Below the pieces are notes generated by a model. The model was not told the origin of the DNA. It did no database searches and worked only from the letters and a program-made list of their open reading frames with translations. This document shows positions 12,695 through 25,775 of a stretch of 64,000 nt of DNA, piece after piece. This DNA comes from Malacoraja senta (taxonomy: Eukaryota): positions 10,852,001 to 10,916,000 of the forward strand of contig CM075993.1 in the NCBI GenBank assembly GCA_038087875.1, in the 5' to 3' direction. Each line of letters opens with the position of its first letter. The first letter of the stretch is position 1. The translations under genes and the position numbers were made by a program.

Positions 12695-13605
12695 AGGAGC
12701 AAAGAGGTCCTTCTGCAGTTGTACAGAGCCCTAGTGAGACCACACCTGGAGTATTGTTTACAGTTTTGGTCCCCTAATTTGAGGAAGGACATTCTTGCTA
12801 TTGAGGGAGTGCAGCGTAGGTTTACAAGGTTAATTCCCGGGATGGCGGGACTGTCATATGCTGAGAGAATGGAGCAGCTGGGCTTGTACACTCTGGAGGT
12901 TAGAAGGATGATTGAAACATATAAGATTGTTAAGGGCTTGCACACGCTAGAGGCAGGAAACATGTTCCCAATGTTGGGGGAGTCCAGAACCAGGGGCCAC
13001 AGTTTAAGAATCAGGAGTAAGCCATTTAGAACGGAGACCATATAACCATATAACCATAACAGCACGGAAACAGGCCATCTCGGACCTTCAAGTCCGTGCC
13101 GAACATTTAAAAAAATATATATAAATAAATACTTCCCCCTAGTCCCATCTACCTGCACTCAGACCATAACCCTCCATTCCTTTCCCGTCCATATACCCAT
13201 CCAATCTATTTTTAAAGGATAACATCGAACCTGCCTCCACCACTTCCACTGGAAGCTCATTCCACACAGCTACCACTCTCTGAGTAAAGAAGTTCCCCCT
13301 AATGTTCCCCCTAAACTTCTGTCATATAACCATATAACCATAACAGTAAATGACGAGGAACTTTTTCTCACAGAGAGTGGTTAGTCTGTGGAATTCTCTG
13401 CCTCAGAGGGCGGGTGGAGGCAGGTTCTCTGGATGCTTTCAAGAGAGAGCTAGATAGGGCTCTTAAAAATAGCAGAGTCAGGGGATATGGGGAGAAGGCA
13501 GGAACGGGGTACTGATTGGGGATGGTCAGCCATGATCACATTGAATGGTGGTGCTGGCTCGAAGGGCCGAATGGCCTACTCCTGCACCTATTGTCTATTG
13601 TCTAT
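12695..13605 (+). mobile_element. CR1 (HER1-like) LINE 3' fragment with nested opposite-strand CR1 tail (~13040-13345)
   Basis: SKEVLLQLYRALVRPHLEYC..FWSP...TRGHSL; 3' tail cctattgtctattgtcta. Confidence 0.85.
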
Positions 13606-13922
13606 GGTCTAAACCTTCATCACCAGCTATCCCACAGTGAATGAGCTGGATTTATAAACTCAGTGAGCTAAGAGAGGGAAATATCACCATGATAATGCTG
13701 GCAAAAAGGGTCAATTGTCACAAGAGGCTGAGTGAGAAACATGTTGTGGTCACGAGGAGGTGAACTTGCTGAATTCGAATCCACGGAGAGAAAGGTAACT
13801 TTTCAAATATCGCAGCTTGGGAAAAACACTTCAAAAGGACAAAAAACAAGACTTCTGAAATAGTACTTGTGCAGAAAAAGAAAAAGATACAATAACAAAA
13901 GAAACCTTCAAGAACAACAAAA

Positions 13923-14222
13923 GTGTGGCACGGTGGTAAAACTGCTGCCTCACAGCGCCAGAGACCCGGGTTCAATCCCAACCTCGGGTGCTGCCTGTGT
14001 GGAGTTTGCACCTTCTCCCCGCGTGGGTTTCCTCTGAGTTCTCCGGTTTCCTCCCACATCCCCAAAAAGGTGTGGGTTTGTAGGTTAATTGGCCTTTGTA
14101 CATTGCCCCTAGTGGACGAGAAAGTGGGAGTAACATAGAACTAGTGAACGGGTGATCGATGGTCAGCGGGGACTCGGTGTGCTGATGGGTCTGTCTTCAA
14201 GCTGTCTCTTTAAAACTAAAAC
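13923..14222 (+). mobile_element. HE1-like tRNA-derived V-SINE
   Basis: A/B-box-like head, central gtggagtttgcaccttctccccgcgtgggtttcc V-domain, taaaac tail. Confidence 0.75.
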
Positions 14223-15882
14223 GAAGACAGAAAATACACAAAAGGCAAACACGGAATTGATAAAATGATGACAATACGAGACGAAACATAAAAAACATGA
14301 CAAACTGTCAAGAAAAAGACTGAAGAAAAATCCAAGACAACCCCGACAGAACACTCACAGGGTTAAGGATACCAAAAAGACCCAGAAAAAAATCTGTCAA
14401 AATAACACCCTGAAAGGCACCGAAACACATAAAAATAACAGAACAAGAGGCAAATCATAAGGTCATAAGGGATAGGAGTATAATTAGGCCAAGCAGCCCA
14501 TCAAGTCTACTCCACCATTCAATCATAGCTGTTCAATCTCTCGCTCCTAACCCCATTCTCCTGCCTTCTCCCCAGAACCTCTGACACCCTACTAATCAAG
14601 AATCTATCCCTACCTTAAAAATATCCACTGACTTGGCCTCCACAGCCTTCTGTGGCAGATTCATCACCCTCTGACTAAAGAAATTTCTCCTCATTTCCTT
14701 CCTAAAAGAACGTCCTTTAATTCTGAGGTTATGACCTCTAGTCCTAGACTCTCACACTAGTGGAAACACTCCTCTCCACGTCCACTCTATCCAAGCCTTT
14801 CACTATTCTGTACGTTTCAATGAGGTCCCCCCCCCTCATTCTTCTAAACTCTAAATGAAACTAAATGATCAAAATAAGACACTTCTGTGGACACAGAAAG
14901 GACACAGAAAGACTCAGAAACAGCTCAAAAAGAACAAAAGCCACTCAAAACGACACATGGGAAGGAAGGTTCTGAAAGGCACTCGGAAAACCAGGCAAGG
15001 GTTACAAAAAGCCAGAAATGACTCCCATAATTAAAAACAAACTCTCAGTAAGATAGACACAAAATGCTGGAGTAACTCAGCGGGACAGGCAGCATCTCTG
15101 GATAGAAGGAATGGGTGACGTTTCGGGTCGACACCCTTCTTCAGACTTAATATACTTCAGATATTCAGACTTCAGATACTTAAAATATACAAAACAAATT
15201 TAAAATTGCACTCTTGAAGATAGCCAAAGAGAATCTCAAAAAGATTCAAAATAATATTCAAAAATGCACTCTTTCGAACAGAGGTGTTCCACAAAAAATG
15301 CACAAACACAAAAAACTCCGAAAGGCAGACATTAAAAACAGACACGATACAAGATTGGAACAACAACAACAAAAATCCAGTTAAAAGACAAAGAAAAAGA
15401 GACAAAGAAAAACATAAAGTCAGCAGTAAACAAAATCAAAACTATTTAAAAACTATCCGCCATTTCCTGCTTGTTCACGTGATTGTAAATGCTTCTTAAA
15501 TGTCACTATCATGTCTGCGACCACCACTTCCCCTGGCATTGTGTTCTAGGTACCTATCACGCTCTTTGTAAAAACCTGCCCCATAAATCTCCTTTAAACT
15601 TTCCTCCTCTCACCTTAAAACCACAACCTGCAGTTTTGTTACTTCCACCCTGTTAAAAAGACACTGACAACCTAACCTATATATGCTTCTCATAATTAAA
15701 AAAAACAATTCTATCAGGTCTCCCCTCTAGGCTCTGAGACGTATAGAGGAAATAGTTCAAGGTTGGCCAACCTCTCCTTAAGCAAATACCCTCTATTCCA
15801 GGCAACATCCTGGCAAACCTCTTCTGTGTTCTCTCCAAAACCTCCACATCCTTCCTGTAATGGGGTGACCAGAACTGCATAT

Positions 15883-16090
15883 TGTAGCGGTGCCTGCTGG
15901 CGCACGACAGTATCGAACCCAGCGTGACCGGGAGGGGGCCGGGGTTTTCGAACGGTTTCGCTTTCGCGCGGCAGTTGTTCGACTGACCACCGTTGTGGCC
16001 AGTCGCGTGTGTATAGACCTGTAGATCAAGGGACGAGTTCTTAATAAAAAAACGTTCATAGAAACTGGTCATCGTCTCTGCACCACTAAA
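15883..16090 (+). mobile_element. Solo LTR (208 bp) inserted in a CR1 fragment
   Basis: TGTAGCGG...CACTAAA (expected CTACA); 4-bp TSD atat (15879-15882, 16091-16094); AATAAA near 16043; interrupts CR1 gaactgcata/aatactcc. Confidence 0.7.
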
Positions 16091-16326
16091 ATATAATACT
16101 CCAAATGCGGTCTAGCCAATTTTTTTACACAGCTGTAACATGGGTTCCCTTCTTTTATACTCAATGGCCTGACTGATAAAGGCAAGTACACTACACACAC
16201 TTTTCACCTGAATTACAGTTTGTCCGTTTCAGGGAACTATGGGCTGGCACTGCAAGATCCCTCTGTATATCAATGCTACTAATGTTCTTGCCATTTACTG
16301 TATACTTCCCTCTTACACTTACTCTG

Positions 16327-16602
16327 GGGCGGCAGGTGGCATAGTGGTAGAGTTACTGCCTTACAGCGCCGGAAACCCGGGTTCGATCCTGACTGCGGGT
16401 CCTTGTCTGTACGGAGTTCGTACGTTCTCCCCGTGACCTGCGTGTGTTTTCTCCGAGATCTTCGGTTTCCTCCCACAAACTTACAAGTTTGTAAGTTAAT
16501 TGGCTTGGTATAAATGTAAATTATCCCTAGTGTGTGTAGTAGGATAGTGTTAGTGTGTGGAGATCGCTGGTCGGTGCGGACTCGGTGGGCCGAAGAGCCT
16601 GT
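16327..16602 (+). mobile_element. HE1-like V-SINE
   Basis: Same head and V-domain as the other SINE copies. Confidence 0.75.
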
Positions 16603-16909
16603 TGACTTCCAAAAATGTAACAACACACGTTTATCCAGATTAAACTCCATCTGTATTTTTATGTCCATATTTCCAACCAGTCTATACCCCATGAACCTTT
16701 TGACAACCTTCCTCACTATTCACAACATTGACATTTTAGATGGTCTTTGGAAACTAACTAATCAGTTCATCTGTGTAAGAAGGAACTGCAGATGCTGGTT
16801 TAAACCGAAGATAGACACAAAATGCTGGAGTAACTCAGCGGGACAGGCAGCATCTCTGGAGAGAAGGAATGGGTGATGTTTTGGGTCGAGACCCTTCTTC
16901 AGACTGGTG

Positions 16910-17250
16910 AGGGATATCGTTTCGCGGAACACTTTCGTTCAGCCCGCGTGAACCAACCTGATCTCCCGATTGCTGGACACTTTAATTCTCCTTCCCATTC
17001 CTACACAGACCTTTCTGTCCTCTGTCTCCTCCATTGTCAGAGTGAGGCTAAACGCAAATTGGAGGAACAGCATCTCATATTTCGCTTGGGCAGCTTGCAG
17101 CCAGTGGTATGAACATTGATTTCTCTCACTTCAGGTAGCCCCGGCATTCCCTCTCTCTCTATCCCTCCCCCACCCAAGTTGCACTAGCTTCTCATTTTCA
17201 TCCTACAACAGCTTACAACGGCCTGTTCCTTTATCATCGTTACTCTTTTG
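16910..17250 (+). mobile_element. Penelope-like element 3' fragment (GIY-YIG C-terminus plus UTR)
   Basis: RFAEHFRS...PDLPIAGHFNSPSH...KRKLEEQHLIFRLGSLQP. Confidence 0.8.
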
Positions 17251-17572
17251 CATATCAGTTCATCTACGTTTTTGTCAAAATCATTTCATTTCCATAGATC
17301 ACATGGGTAGCTGGCACTGCTCCTTGTGGAACTCCACTCGTCATAGACCTCCAGTCAGATTAATACTCCACCCTCACTATCCTCTTCTTCTAACACTAAG
17401 CCAATTTTGAATCCAAACAACCAATTCTCCATTCATCTCAAGGTGCCTCCATCTTCTGGATCAACCCGACAGAGCTTGTCGAAAGCTTGACGAAACTCCA
17501 CTCATAACATCCACTCATCAATCATCATCGCCACCTCCTCAAAAATTTCAATCAACTTTGTAAGAAGTTGTG

Positions 17573-17995
17573 GTGGCACGGTGGAGCAGCGGTAGGTTCA
17601 CTGCCTCACAGCGGCGGTAACCCATGTTCGATCCTGACTACGAGCGCTGTCTGTATGGAGTTTGTACGTTCTCCCGATGAACGTTGCCTATTTCCTTCGC
17701 TCCATAGATGCTGCCGCACCCGCTGAGTTTCTCCAGCATTTTTGTCTACTTTCGATTTTCCAGCATCTGCAGTTCATTCTTGAACACTCCCCATGATCAC
17801 ATGGGTTTTCTCCAAGATCTTGGGTTTCCTCCCACACTCCAAGGACGTCCAGGTTTGTAGGTTAATTGGCTTGGTATAAATGTAAAATTGTTCCAAGTAT
17901 GGTAGGGTGTGTGTTAACGTTCAGGGATCGCTGTGGACTCAATGGGCTGAAGGGCCTGTTCCTGCACTGTATCTCTAAACTAAACTAAACTAAAC
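17573..17995 (+). mobile_element. HE1-like V-SINE interrupted by Penelope pLTR fragment (~17680-17785)
   Basis: SINE head and (ctaaa)n tail flanking an inserted pLTR piece. Confidence 0.7.
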
Positions 17996-18362
17996 ATGAC
18001 CAGAGCTGAACTACTAACTACCTCATCGGGGACCCTCAGACTATCTTTGTTTAAGAAGGAACTGCAGATGCTGGAAAATCGAAGGTAGACAAAAATGCTG
18101 GAGAAACTCAGCGGGTGCAGCAGCATCTATGGAGCGAAGGAGATAGGCAACGTTTCGGGCCGAAACCCTTCTTCAGACTGGTGGGAGGTGGGGGGAGGCG
18201 GGGAGAAGAAAGGAAAAAGGAGGAGGAGCCCGGGGGCTGAGGGAGAGGTAGGAAGGGGAGGAGACAGCAGGGGTTAACTGAATTGTAAGAATTCAATGTT
18301 CATGCCAAGAGGATGCATTCTCTTGGCATGAACATTGAATTCTCACAATTCAGTTAACCCCC

Positions 18363-19232
18363 GCTGATGATACAAAGGTGGGTGGTTTTGCAGATAGTGA
18401 AGATGATTGTGAAAGATTGCAGCAGGATCTGGATCGATTGGCCAGGTGGGCTGAGGAATGGTTGATGGAATTTAATACAGAGAAGTGTGAGGTGTTGCAT
18501 TTTGGGACGTCGAACAAGGGCAGGACCTACACAGTGAATGGTAGGCCTCTGGGTAGTGTTATAGAGCAAAGGGATGTAGGAGTACATGTGCACGGTTCCT
18601 TGAAGGTCGAGTCGCAGATAGATAAGGTGATCAAAAAGGCTTTTGGCACTTTGGCCTTCATCAGTATTGAGTATAGAAGTTGGGAGGTCACGTTGCAGTT
18701 GTGTAAGACATTGGTGAGATTGAATTTAGAATATTGTGTTCAGTTCAGGGCACCATGTTATAGGAAAGATGTTGTCAAGCTTGAAAGGGTTCAGAGAAGA
18801 TTTACGAGGATGTTGCCAGGATTAAACGGCCTGAGCTATAGGGAGAGGTTGAGTAGGCTGTGTCTCTATTCCTTGGAGTGCAGGAGGATGAGGAGTGATC
18901 TTATAAAATCATGAGAGGAATAGATCGGGTAGATGCACAGAGTCTCTTGCCCAGAGTGGGGGAATTGAGAACCAGAGGACATAGGTTCAAGGTGAAGGGG
19001 AAAAGATTTAATAGGAATCTGAGTGGTAACTTTTTTACACAAAAGGTGGTGAGGGTATGGAACAAGCTGCCAGAGGAGGTAGTTGAGGCTGGGACTATCC
19101 CAATGTTTAAGAAACAGTTAGATAGGTACATGGATAGGACTGGTTTGGAGGGATATGGACCAGGTGCAGGCACGTGGGACATGTTGGCCGGTGTGGGCAA
19201 GTTGGTTCAAAGGGCCTGTTTCCACACTGTAT
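18363..19232 (+). mobile_element. CR1 LINE 3' fragment (RT C-terminal region)
   Basis: ADDTK.GG..DSEDDCERLQQDLDRL...FNTEKCEVLHFG...RTRGHRFKV; frameshifted. Confidence 0.88.
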
Positions 19233-19782
19233 CACTCAAAGATTCAAAGTTAATAAATAATAGGAACAGAATTAGGCCATTCGACCATTGTCTTTTCCGC
19301 CATTCACTCGTGGCTGATCTATTTTTCCCGCTCAACCCCATTCCACTGCCATCTCTCCATAACCCCTGACACCCGCACTAATCAAGAGTCAATCTCCGCC
19401 TCAGAGATATCCATTGATTTGGGCTCGACAGCCTTCTGTGGCAATGAATTCCACAGATTCACCACCCTCTGACTAAAGAAATTCCTCATCTCCTTTATAA
19501 AGGTACGCCTCTGGTCCTGGACTCTCCCACTAGTGGAAACATCTTCTCCACATCCACTCTATCCATGCCTTTCACTTCTTAGACCTTTGTTTTAAACATT
19601 GAAAAAGAAAACTCCACATTTCAGGCATTCTGTATAAAGAAAAACAGAGTTAACGTGTCAGGCCAAATATCAGCCATCAGAGATTGCCAGGCTAGTCTCT
19701 GTAAGGATGTAAGTGTAAGTGTACTCTGTCAATACCTGCACTCTGGGGAAGGTTGTAATGGAAGCAAATACCTCCAGCTTGG

Positions 19783-20020
19783 GGGCAGGGTGGCGCAGCC
19801 GTAGAGTTGCTGCCTCACAGTGCCAGAGACCTGGGTTCGATCCTGACTATGGGTGCTGTCTGTTCGGAGTTTGCACGTTATCCCCGTGACCTGCGTGGGT
19901 TTTCCCCGGCAGGTCCGGTTTCCTCCCACACTCCAAAGACGTACAGGTTTGCAGGCTAATTGGATTGGTTCAATTGAAAAATTTCCCCAGTGTGTGTAGA
20001 ATACTGTTAGTGTGCGGGGG
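19783..20020 (+). mobile_element. HE1-like V-SINE
   Basis: ggtggcgcagccgtagagttgctgcctcacagtgccagagacctgggttcgatcc head plus V-domain. Confidence 0.75.
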
Positions 20021-20085
20021 TCACGAGACAAAGCAACTGCAGATGCTGGCTTAGAAAAAAACCCACAAAGTGCTGGAGTAACTCA

Positions 20086-21315
20086 CAGGGCTCTAAATTA
20101 ACGGGTTGCCCGGGTGCCAATGGTCACCTAACGTCCCGCCGGACAATCTAAAAGTCGTGTAATTTTGCCCGGGAAACCTGCCGTTCAACTCTCAGCGCCC
20201 CCCCTCCCCCCCCTCTATCACCTCTCTCTGTCACTCTCCGTCTCCGCACGCCATCCGTTTCCGGGCTGCCGGGTCTCCGCTCTCCGCCGCTCCTCATCCG
20301 CCGTCACGGCCAGCCGTCTTGCACATGCGCACTACCATGGCCAGCACATCCTCCCCCTGCACATGCACACAACCACGGCCAGCACATCATCGGCCGCCCT
20401 GCACATGTGCACTGCCACGGCAACTGGTCGGCGCCGGGCACCTTCTCCCTCCCTTTGCATTGTGGGAGATCTGGCCGCCATTGCTGTCCGGCCGCTGCCT
20501 CGCCGCATCCACTGAAAACCAACGCAGAATCACTCCCTGGAGCTGGAGTAAATCCCTGGAGTAACTTGCTTCTTGGCTTCCTGGTCTTCCAAAAATATTT
20601 AAAATGGAATTTAAACTGGAGTGGACCCACCACCACCAAACTCCAAACTCGAAACAATAACAGCCTATTGCACTTTATCTGTTTATTTACTGTGTATATA
20701 TATGGTCTATGGTATATAGACACACTGAACTTTTTATCTCCTGTTCTGTATTATGTTTACATATTCTGTTGTGCTGCAGCAAGCAAGAATTTCATTGTCC
20801 TATCTGGGACACATGACAATAAACTCTCTTGACTCTTGACTTGGACTTAAGCAAAAAAGGGTTCTTGAGAAAAAAGAGCTACCTTAAATTTAGTTGCTTC
20901 TGGTTGGGTACCTATGGTAGGGTGAAGACTATTCCATGCTATAATTGTGCGGGGGAACTCCATGGAGCAGCCAGCATCTCTGGATAGAAGAAATTGGGTG
21001 ACGTTTCTGGTAGAGACCCTTCTTTAGACTCCCTCTGGTTTTAGTGTTTTTAGTTTAAATTAAAGATACAGCGCGGAAACAGGCCCTTCGGCCCACCGAG
21101 TCCACGCCGACCACTGATCACCTGTACTCTAGTTCTATCCCACACATCAGCAACGTAAGTCAAGAGTGTATTATTCTCTCACGTCCCAGTTAGAACAATG
21201 AAATCCTTACTTGCAGCAGCACAACAGACTATGTAAACATAGTACTCTGTAAACAATGTTATAAACGAGAAAACAAAATGGTGTATATTTATATATGATT
21301 ATAAAACTATATAAA

Positions 21316-21352
<37 letters not shown>

Positions 21353-23568
21353 ATAATATATATACCCACACACACACACACAATTTCCCTCCTGGGATTA
21401 ATAAAGTTCTATCGTATAGTATCGTGTGTGTAGGAAGGAACTGCAGATGCTGGTTTAAACTGAAGATAGACACAAAAAGCTGGAGTAACTCAACAGGTCA
21501 GACAGAATCTCTGGACAAAAGGAAAATATTACGTGTTGGGTTGGGTCTGAAATAGGTTCCTGCACACCTTTGGAATGTGGAAGGAAACAAGAGCACCCGG
21601 AGAAAACCCATGCGATCAAAGGGAAAAGGAGCAAACTCCATACAGACAGCACCCATATTCAGGATCAATTCCGGGTCTCTGGCACTTTTAGGCAGCAACT
21701 TTATGGCCAATGTATTGCCCCATAGTCTTGAACTGAATTAACACCTACAGTAGCTGTAAAGGGGGACATAGCGTCACTTAGAGATTTAAGACTGAAAATG
21801 GATAGTTTCTTTTTTTTAGTAACCAAAGTTTTCAAAGTATAATTTTTTGTGTGTTGGAAAACAAAATATAGTGGCACAGCTGGTGGACTTGCTGCCTCAC
21901 ACGCCAGAGATCTGTGGTTGATCCTGTCCTCGGGCACTGTCTGTGTTAAATTTGCACATTCTCCCTGCAAGCATGTAGGTTTCCTCCCACATCCCAAAGA
22001 CGCATTTGCTTTGTAGGTTAACTTGTCTCTGTAAAATTGCCCCTAATGTGTAGGGAGTGGGTGAGGAAAGTGGGATAACAGAACTTGTGTGAATGGGTAG
22101 ACAAAAATGCTGGAGAAACTCAGCGGGTGAGGCAGCCTCTATGGAGCGAAGGAAATCGGCGATGTTTCGGGTCGAGATCATTCTTCAGACTGATGTGAGG
22201 GTGGGGGGAGGGGGACGGGAAGAAGAAAGGAAGAGGCGGAGACAGTGGGCTGAGGGAGAGCTGGGAAGGGCAGGAGAAAGCAGGGACTACCTGAAATTGG
22301 AGAAGTCAATGTTCATACCGCTGGGGTGTAAACTGCCCAAGCGAAATATGAGGTGCTGCTCCTCCAATTTACGGTGGTCCTCACTCTGGTCATGGAGGAG
22401 GCTCAGGACAGAAAGGTCGGATATGGAATGGGAGGGGGAGTTGAAGTGCTGAGCCACCGGGAGATCAGGTTGGTTATTGCGAACCGAGCGAAGGTGTTGG
22501 GCGAAACGATCACCAAGCCTATGCTTGGTCTCACCGATGTAGAGCAGCTGACATCTAGAGCAGCGTATGCAATAGATGAGGTTGGAGGAGATGCAGGTGA
22601 ACCTCTGCGGCACCTGGAAAGACTGCTTGGGTCCTTGAATGGAGTCAAGGGGGGGAGGTAAAGCGACAAGTGTTGCATTACCTGCGGTTACAAGGGAAAG
22701 TGCCAGGAGAGGGGGTGGTTTGGGTGGGAAGGGGCAAATTGACCAGGGAGTTACGGAGGGAGCGATCTCTGCGGAAAGCCGACAGGGGAGGAGATGGGAA
22801 GATGTGGCCAGTGGTGGGATCCCATTGGTAGACAAAAAAGCTGGAGAAAATCAGCGGGTGAGGCAGCATCTATGGAGCGAAGGAATAGGCGACGTTTCGG
22901 GTCGAGACCCTTCTTCAGACTGATGTCGGGGGGGGGGGGGGGGAACGGGAAAAAGAAAGGAAGAGGTGTAGACAGTAGGCTGTGGGAGAGCTGGGAATGG
23001 GAGGGGAAGGAGGGAGAAAGCAAGGACTACCTGAAATTGGAGAAGCCAATGTTCATACCGCTGGGGTGTAAACTACCCAAGGCCCAGGACAGAAAGGTCG
23101 GATTTGGAATGGGACGGGGAGTTGAAGTGTTGAGCCACCGGGAGATCAGGTTGGTTATTGCGAACTGAGTGGAGGTGTTGTTAGAAGCGATCGCCAAGCC
23201 TGCGCTTGGTCTCACCGAGGTTGATCATACGCTGAATAATCCAACCACATTTTTGTTTGGATGTGGAAAGAAATAATAGAAATTGCATTAATTGCAACGT
23301 GTAAAAAGAGTTGAGATACTGTCTTATAATTTTGCTGCATGTCATTGTGGTATATATCATGTCTTGATTGGTGAATATGTTTAGTTTGTGACATTATTTG
23401 AAGCAGAAATAATATGTGAATGCTTCATTGAGCATAATTCCGACTGGTAACTACACACTTCGTCCGAGCACATTATCGTACAAGCCTTCTTAAATGACCA
23501 CCTAAACTGTCATTTGGCAACCGAAAAAGCTGCTGGCAACAGGGAAAAAAAGTTAAGTGAGAGCCCTG
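20086..23568. mobile_element. Non-autonomous hAT-like DNA transposon with 6-bp TSD, filled with nested retroposons
   Basis: TIRs cagggctctaaattaac / gttaagtgagagccctg (15/17 match); TSD aactca (20080-20085, 23569-23574); splits the pLTR sequence gctggagtaactcagcggg. Confidence 0.75.
22097..23216 (-). mobile_element. Penelope-like element: GIY-YIG endonuclease fragment with tandem pLTRs
   Basis: ORF 22287-22835: FTCISSNLIYCIRCSRCQLLYIGETK...HFN...GMN; pLTR repeated head-to-tail (22097 and 22828). Confidence 0.88.
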
Positions 23569-24267
23569 AACTCAGCGGGTCAGGCAGCATCTCTGCAGAA
23601 CATAGATAGGTGACGATTCTGGTCGGGACCCTTCATTCTGATTGTGGTGTGGGAGAGAAAACTAGATGATAATAGCAGTGTCTGAATAAGGGTGAGGAAG
23701 GGTCCTGATCTGAAACGTCTCCTATCCATGTCCTCCAGAGATGCTGCTGGAATCACTGATTTACTCCAGCACTTTGTGTTGTACTAACGATTCCAGCATC
23801 GGTGGTTTCTTGTGTCTACAGTGTGAGCTGTGAGCTGTGGCACGGATCATCATCGGCAGCCTGGAGTGGTACTGTCACTGTGACGTGCAGGAACAGAAGC
23901 GTATCTGAGGCTACGGGTCATACAGAGAACTGACCTGCTGAAGTCTGGCCTGCATTGATATAGCAATGGAGGCAAGGCAATGGAATGGAAGGCAATGGAA
24001 TGGAAGGCAAGGGAATGGAAGGCAGGGGGATGGCAGGCAAGTTAAGGGAATGAGAGACCTAGCTACCTGGTGGTGTCCCTTTTTCATGGGTGGATGAGGT
24101 TGATGGTGAGGCCTCTCCTGGCTCTATCCACATGGTCCCTGGTCGGCTTGAGGAGTCGTTGATGCTTGTGAATACGGGTAATACAATAGGCCACTTGGCC
24201 CTTCCTACCTGCTGCACCATTCAGTACAATCACCTTTTACCTTGGCACCATTATCCTGCACGAGCTT

Positions 24268-24666
24268 TTAGGATGAGGGGGACCTCATTGAAACTTACTG
24301 AATGGTGAAAGGCCTGGATAGAGTGGATGTGGAGAGGATGTTTCCACTAGTGGGAGAGTCCAGGAACAGAGGGCACAGCCTCAGAATTAAAGGACGTACC
24401 TTTAGAAAGGAGATGAGAAGGAATTTCTTTAGCCAGAGTGCGGTGAATCTGTGGAATTCATTGCCACAGACGGCTGTGGAGGTCAAGTCAATGGATATTT
24501 TTAAAGTGGAGATTGACAGATTCTTGATTAGTACGGGTGTCAAGGGTTATGGGGAGATGGCAGGAGAATGGGGTTGCGAAGGAAAAAAATATCAGCCATG
24601 ATTGAATGACGGAGTAGACTTGATGGGCCGAATGGCCTCATTCTGCTCCCTGAACTTATGAACTTA
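24268..24666 (+). mobile_element. CR1 LINE 3' end
   Basis: KGLDRVDVERMFPLVGESRNRGHSL...WNSLP; (gaacttat)n tail. Confidence 0.8.
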
Positions 24667-24894
24667 GCTCCATGTCCCTCTCCTCCCTTAATATTTGAAA
24701 AACCTATCAATGTCTGTCTTGAGTACACTCCGAAACCAAGCGTCCACCGCCTCTTGGGTGGAGATTTCCAAGGAACCGTTCTCTGACCCTTGCCTTGAAT
24801 GATTGACTCCTTCTTCTGGTACAACCAGGGAGGTCACCCAAGCACCAAACTCAGGGAGCGACTGCTCCAGCGCTGGCAGACTGCTTGTGGGACG

Positions 24895-25162
24895 TGGAAG
24901 GGTGTGGGAGGGGTGGGGGGTGGGGGAGGGGGGGGGTGGGGGAGGGGAGGTGTGGGGGAGGGGGGATGTGGGGTAGGGGGTGTGGGGAGGAGGGGGGGGT
25001 GGGGGAGGGGGGGTGTGGGGGAGGAGAGGGGGTGTGGGGGAGGAGGCTGGTGTGGGGGAGGATGGGCGTGGGGGGATGGGGGTGGGGATGTGGGGGAGGG
25101 GAGGTTTGGGGTTTGGGGAGGGCTGTGGGGGAGGGGGGTGGGGGGGGGGGAGGGGGAGGGGG
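24895..25162 (+). repeat. G-rich low-complexity tract
   Basis: About 270 bp of G-runs separated by t/a/tgt spacers. Confidence 0.9.
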
Positions 25163-25473
25163 AACCTTCAAAACCTTCATAACTTTTTAACTATTTCACC
25201 GATCGGAACAAAACTTATTTGACGCAGCAGAGGAGAATGGTGAGTGAGGTGGTGAAAAATCGTGGCGCTATGGGGATCGTTTTTGCGCAAATTTAATTAC
25301 AACGCAGACAGGAAGTGGTCAAGATGAGAGTTTTAGTAATATACTAGACTAAGTGGGACCCGTTGGGTCCCATGTTCACACGGGGTGGTTCTGGAGCGCT
25401 AGTATGGGTGTTGTGGGCCGAAGGGACTGGTTTCCAGAGGACTAGTATGGACCTTGTGGGCCAAATGGATTCT

Positions 25474-25760
25474 TGGGTTGGCAGCTCAGTCACTCAGGCC
25501 TGGTGGCTGGCAGCTCAGTCACTCAGGCCTGGTAGGCTGGCAGCTCAGTCACTCAGGCCTGGAGGGCTGGCAGCTCAGTCACTCAGGGCTGGTGGGCTGG
25601 CAGCTCAGTCACTCAGGGCTGGTGCGCTGGCAGATCAGTCACTCAGGGCTGATGGGCTGGCAGCTCAGTCACTCAGGGCTGGTGGGCTGGCAGCTCAGTC
25701 ACTCAGGGCTGGTGGGCTGGCAGATCAGTCACTCAGGGCTGGTGGGCTGGCAGTTCACTC
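25474..25760 (+). repeat. 30-bp minisatellite, about 9 copies
   Basis: Unit ggtgggctggcagctcagtcactcagggct, contiguous. Confidence 0.95.
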
Positions 25761-25775
25761 ACGGCTATTCTTTGA

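Noticed and set aside
14200..15450. A-rich strand-biased sequence (also 27780-28130) as coding or structured element
   Set aside because: Degenerate low-complexity sequence with no stable period or ORF signature.
24799..25222. Gly-rich and Pro-rich ORFs (also 60055-60966)
   Set aside because: Low-complexity G tracts.
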